Shown here: piece after piece, positions 63,096 to 64,000 of the stretch | Layout: each line of letters starts with the position of its first letter | How positions within the stretch are numbered: position 1 is the first letter of the stretch | DNA from: the human T2T-CHM13v2.0 reference genome, Homo sapiens | NCBI RefSeq assembly: GCF_009914755.1 | Contig: NC_060940.1 | DNA: 64,000 nt | Strand: one strand, 5' to 3' | Made by a program: the position numbers and the translations under genes | Notes under the pieces: generated by a model | The model's input: only the letters and a program-made list of their open reading frames with translations | Database searches by the model: none | Told to the model about the DNA's origin: nothing

Positions 63096-63400
63096 GGCCG
63101 GGTGCGGAGGCTCACGCCTATAATCCTAACACTTTGGGAGGCCGTGGCAGGTGGATCATGAGGTCAGGAGTTCAAGACCAGCCTGGCCAATATGGCGAAA
63201 CTCCGTCTCTACTAAAAATACAAAAATTAGCTGGGCGTGGTGGAGGGTGCATGTAATCCTAGCTACTCAGGAGGCTAAGGCAGAGAACTGCTTGAACCCG
63301 GGAGGCGGAGGTTGCAGTGAGCCAAGATCATGCCACTGCACTCCAGCCTGAGCAACACAGCAAGGCTCCCTCTTGAGAGGAAAAAGAAGCAAACAACAAA
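63096..63400 (+). mobile_element. Alu (AluS)
   Basis: full dimer, degenerate TSD catcaaa(c/t)gt. Confidence 0.92.
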
Positions 63401-64000
63401 TTCATCAAATGTAATAAATAAAACATATACTTTGGATTTTTCCATGTGCTTAGCTTTTCTTAGAGCATCTTTTAGAATTATTGTTTCACAAAAAAACACT
63501 TTGGGAAATGTTTTAATTTATTAACAAATACTAGGGCTAGGAAGAGAGCTTAAAACTTTTTAAAATATACAGAATGAATTACAGATACGTGAAAGAAAAA
63601 AAAAAAAAAAGATTGCTGACTCCTGTCATGGAAGGCCCTATCATATGGACATTCTTAGCCTCAGCATCCGGAGGTCCAGAAAGGGACAATTTCGAGTCAG
63701 AGAGAATTCTATATATACCATTTATTTGGAACCTTCAGCCCTTAAGATTCCAACATCATGACCTCAGTTTCAACACAATTGTCCTTAGACCTTGTATTGC
63801 ATACAAATACAAAACAAACACCTCGACTGAACTAACTCTTGTCTCTCCAAAAACACAAACACAAGACCTCATAAAATGAGTGCGTTTCTATTGGCCATAA
63901 TTACTGCAACTTACTTCTCCAACTTTCCCCTGCACAGTTAACTAAACAGCTCAAAAACTATCAGTAACAAATAACAGTCACCATCATATGGTTAGGAGTG

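Overview
Primate genomic DNA (human or great ape; dense in Alu, L1 and LTR elements) with no intact protein-coding gene and no prokaryote-type system. The window has two blocks. The right block (~29.1-64 kb) is an unprocessed, partially duplicated HERC2 pseudogene on the minus strand. I could place 23 exons at their splice junctions; by recalled HERC2 numbering they are exons 4, 8-10 and 24-42. Exons 5-7 and 11-23 are deleted, and the copy is cut off about 320 bp after exon 42. The left block (1-26.7 kb) is AT-rich, repeat-mosaic DNA with no recognisable gene. The blocks meet at a truncated Alu fused to a young 5'-truncated L1PA with no target-site duplication (TSD). This layout fits a pericentromeric segmental-duplication mosaic, possibly a 16p11.2 HERC2P copy, which I cannot confirm. 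Main observation: all stops and frameshifts fall in exons 4-33. From an ATG in exon 33 through exon 42 the spliced frame is open for 571 codons and includes the MIB/HERC2 domain. A well-flanked, stop-free 132-nt exon candidate across the duplication junction would extend it in frame. Exon numbers, indel sizes relative to HERC2 and repeat subfamily names come from recall, not database alignment.
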